A stretch of DNA of 57,447 nt from a virus (taxonomy: Duplodnaviria; Caudoviricetes): the IMG/VR virus record IMGVR_UViG_3300009702_000029, positions 1-57,447 of that record; one strand, given 5' to 3'. The notes below the pieces were generated by a model. The model saw only the letters and a list, made by a program, of their open reading frames with translations. It was not told the DNA's origin and ran no database searches. The position numbers and the translations under genes were made by a program. Shown here in pieces: positions 56,456 through 57,447 of this stretch; position 1 is the first letter of the stretch; each line of letters begins with the position of its first letter.

Positions 56456-56729
56456 AACAGAATTTCCATTAGTAGAAATTAGGCAGCGTAAAGAAGAGCT
56501 AATAGGCGGTAGAATTATGACAGGGGCAAATACCCAAGTCCTAATCGATGGAAAGAAGGTCCCATACGCCCGATCCGTAGAGTTTAAAGTAGATGCTAGA
56601 GGCTTAGCGGTTGTAAAGCTTGAGTTATATGCAAATGTGAAAATACATGGAAAAATAAAAACAGAAATTACCGAGATAGACGTCAAAACAGGCGAAGAGG
56701 TTGAGAATGGCCAAAAAAAGTCCAATTAA
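56448..56729 (+). CDS. Hypothetical protein
   Basis: 93-aa beta-rich ORF overlapping both neighbours. Confidence 0.55.
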   Translation: MDKTEFPLVEIRQRKEELIGGRIMTGANTQVLIDGKKVPYARSVEFKVDARGLAVVKLELYANVKIHGKIKTEITEIDVKTGEEVENGQKKSN

Positions 56730-57447
56730 AGTTATTAAATCAGAACCAGAAAAATCTGAAGGTCTATCAAAGATCAAAAATATTGCAAGAGCTTTTAATA
56801 AACATATTAATCATCAATATCAAGAGGCCGTAAGTTACGTTCCAGATAAAGACACTAAAGCAGCAGTTCAGGTTAGCAAGTGGTTAGAACTTCCTAAAGC
56901 AATTTCCGATGTGATTGGTCTCCCTGGCTTACCAGTGGGTAACATCACACATGTTTATGGAAAGCCTAATGCAGGAAAAACAACATTATTGATGCAAGGC
57001 ATTGCGGCAGCACAGAAACAAGGTATTTTGCCAATTTTAATTCTAACTGAACATAAATTTTCATTTGATCGATTAGAAAAATACATGGGTGCTGACACTG
57101 AGGCCATGCTAGTAATTCATGCAGATACATTAGATCAAGCCTACAGTTTCATGGAGAGGATTTTAAATGATATTCGAACGGGTAAAATTGTTATTGAAGA
57201 CGACGAAGGTAACGACACTGTTATCGACGTGTCTGATCTTGATTGCTTTATTTTCATGGATTCTATCGGCAACACGATGTCACGAGAAGAACTTGCCTAT
57301 GACGTCGAAGATGGAGACAAATCCATGGGTAAACACGCCAAAGCATTGAAACGACTTACAAAGAGAGTTGCTAGACTTCTTGGAAAGAAAGAGCTTAGAC
57401 AAAAAGTTGGAATCTTATTACTAAATCAGAGTTATATGTCAATGCCA
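56707..57447 (+). CDS. recA: RecA/UvsX-like recombinase, 3'-truncated by window edge (not in ORF track)
   Basis: Translated from ATG 56707: GLP.GNIT.VYGKPNAGKTT, TEHK, FMDSIG, G.HAK, LLNQ. Confidence 0.9.
   Translation, partial: MAKKSPIKVIKSEPEKSEGLSKIKNIARAFNKHINHQYQEAVSYVPDKDTKAAVQVSKWLELPKAISDVIGLPGLPVGNITHVYGKPNAGKTTLLMQGIAAAQKQGILPILILTEHKFSFDRLEKYMGADTEAMLVIHADTLDQAYSFMERILNDIRTGKIVIEDDEGNDTVIDVSDLDCFIFMDSIGNTMSREELAYDVEDGDKSMGKHAKALKRLTKRVARLLGKKELRQKVGILLLNQSYMSMP

Noticed and set aside
335-57349. Many short minus-strand and alternate-frame ORFs in the track (e.g. 335-664, 3409-3834, 22364-22774, 43849-44229, 56282-56725, 57167-57349)
   Set aside because: They lie within well-supported genes, show no recognisable motifs, and look like antisense or frame shadows.
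1-57447. Genome-wide stop-codon reassignment (TAG or TAA as sense)
   Set aside because: Long genes are intact in code 11. TAG ends genes at their expected C-termini (PolA 49479, spike 23039) and TAA is the main stop.
1-57447. tRNA/rRNA genes, integrase, transposase
   Set aside because: Intergenic gaps are short, and no cloverleaf or recombinase/transposase motifs were recognised by eye. A tRNAscan run is needed to be certain.

Overview
This is an AT-rich, gene-dense segment of a large contractile-tailed dsDNA phage. Nearly all genes are on the + strand. About 1-38.9 kb is the virion module: the 3' part of an SPO1/Twort (Herelleviridae)-like major capsid gene, decoration/LamG proteins, an M15 peptidase, neck genes, three probable internal head proteins, sheath, tube, tail chaperones, tape measure, a greatly enlarged baseplate, and two tail fibre/receptor-binding proteins (Delta-60-type repeats, C1q-like domains). 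A single minus-strand SF2 helicase follows. From about 40.4 kb to the end is a replication/recombination/nucleotide-metabolism module: GroEL-like chaperonin, PD-(D/E)XK nuclease, probable single-strand annealing protein, PhaR-like DNA-binding protein, AEP primase-SF4 helicase fusion, family A DNA polymerase, two metallophosphoesterases, dNMP kinase, CYTH protein, DEDD exonuclease, holin/spanin-like membrane proteins, UvsY-like and RecA/UvsX. Most notable: (i) single in-frame stop codons inside the DNA polymerase (TAG 48184) and in a gene after the sheath (TAA 16358), plus tail chaperone ORFs that abut in frame across one TAA; (ii) a candidate structured small RNA after the capsid gene whose anti-SD segment matches the RBS of both + strand TTGAC-promoter genes; (iii) a Herelleviridae-like virion combined with markers of a Gram-negative host; (iv) a GroEL without a visible GroES and a PhaR-like regulator. 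I saw no tRNA, rRNA, CRISPR array, integrase or transposase. All calls come from reading motifs by eye; no database searches were run.
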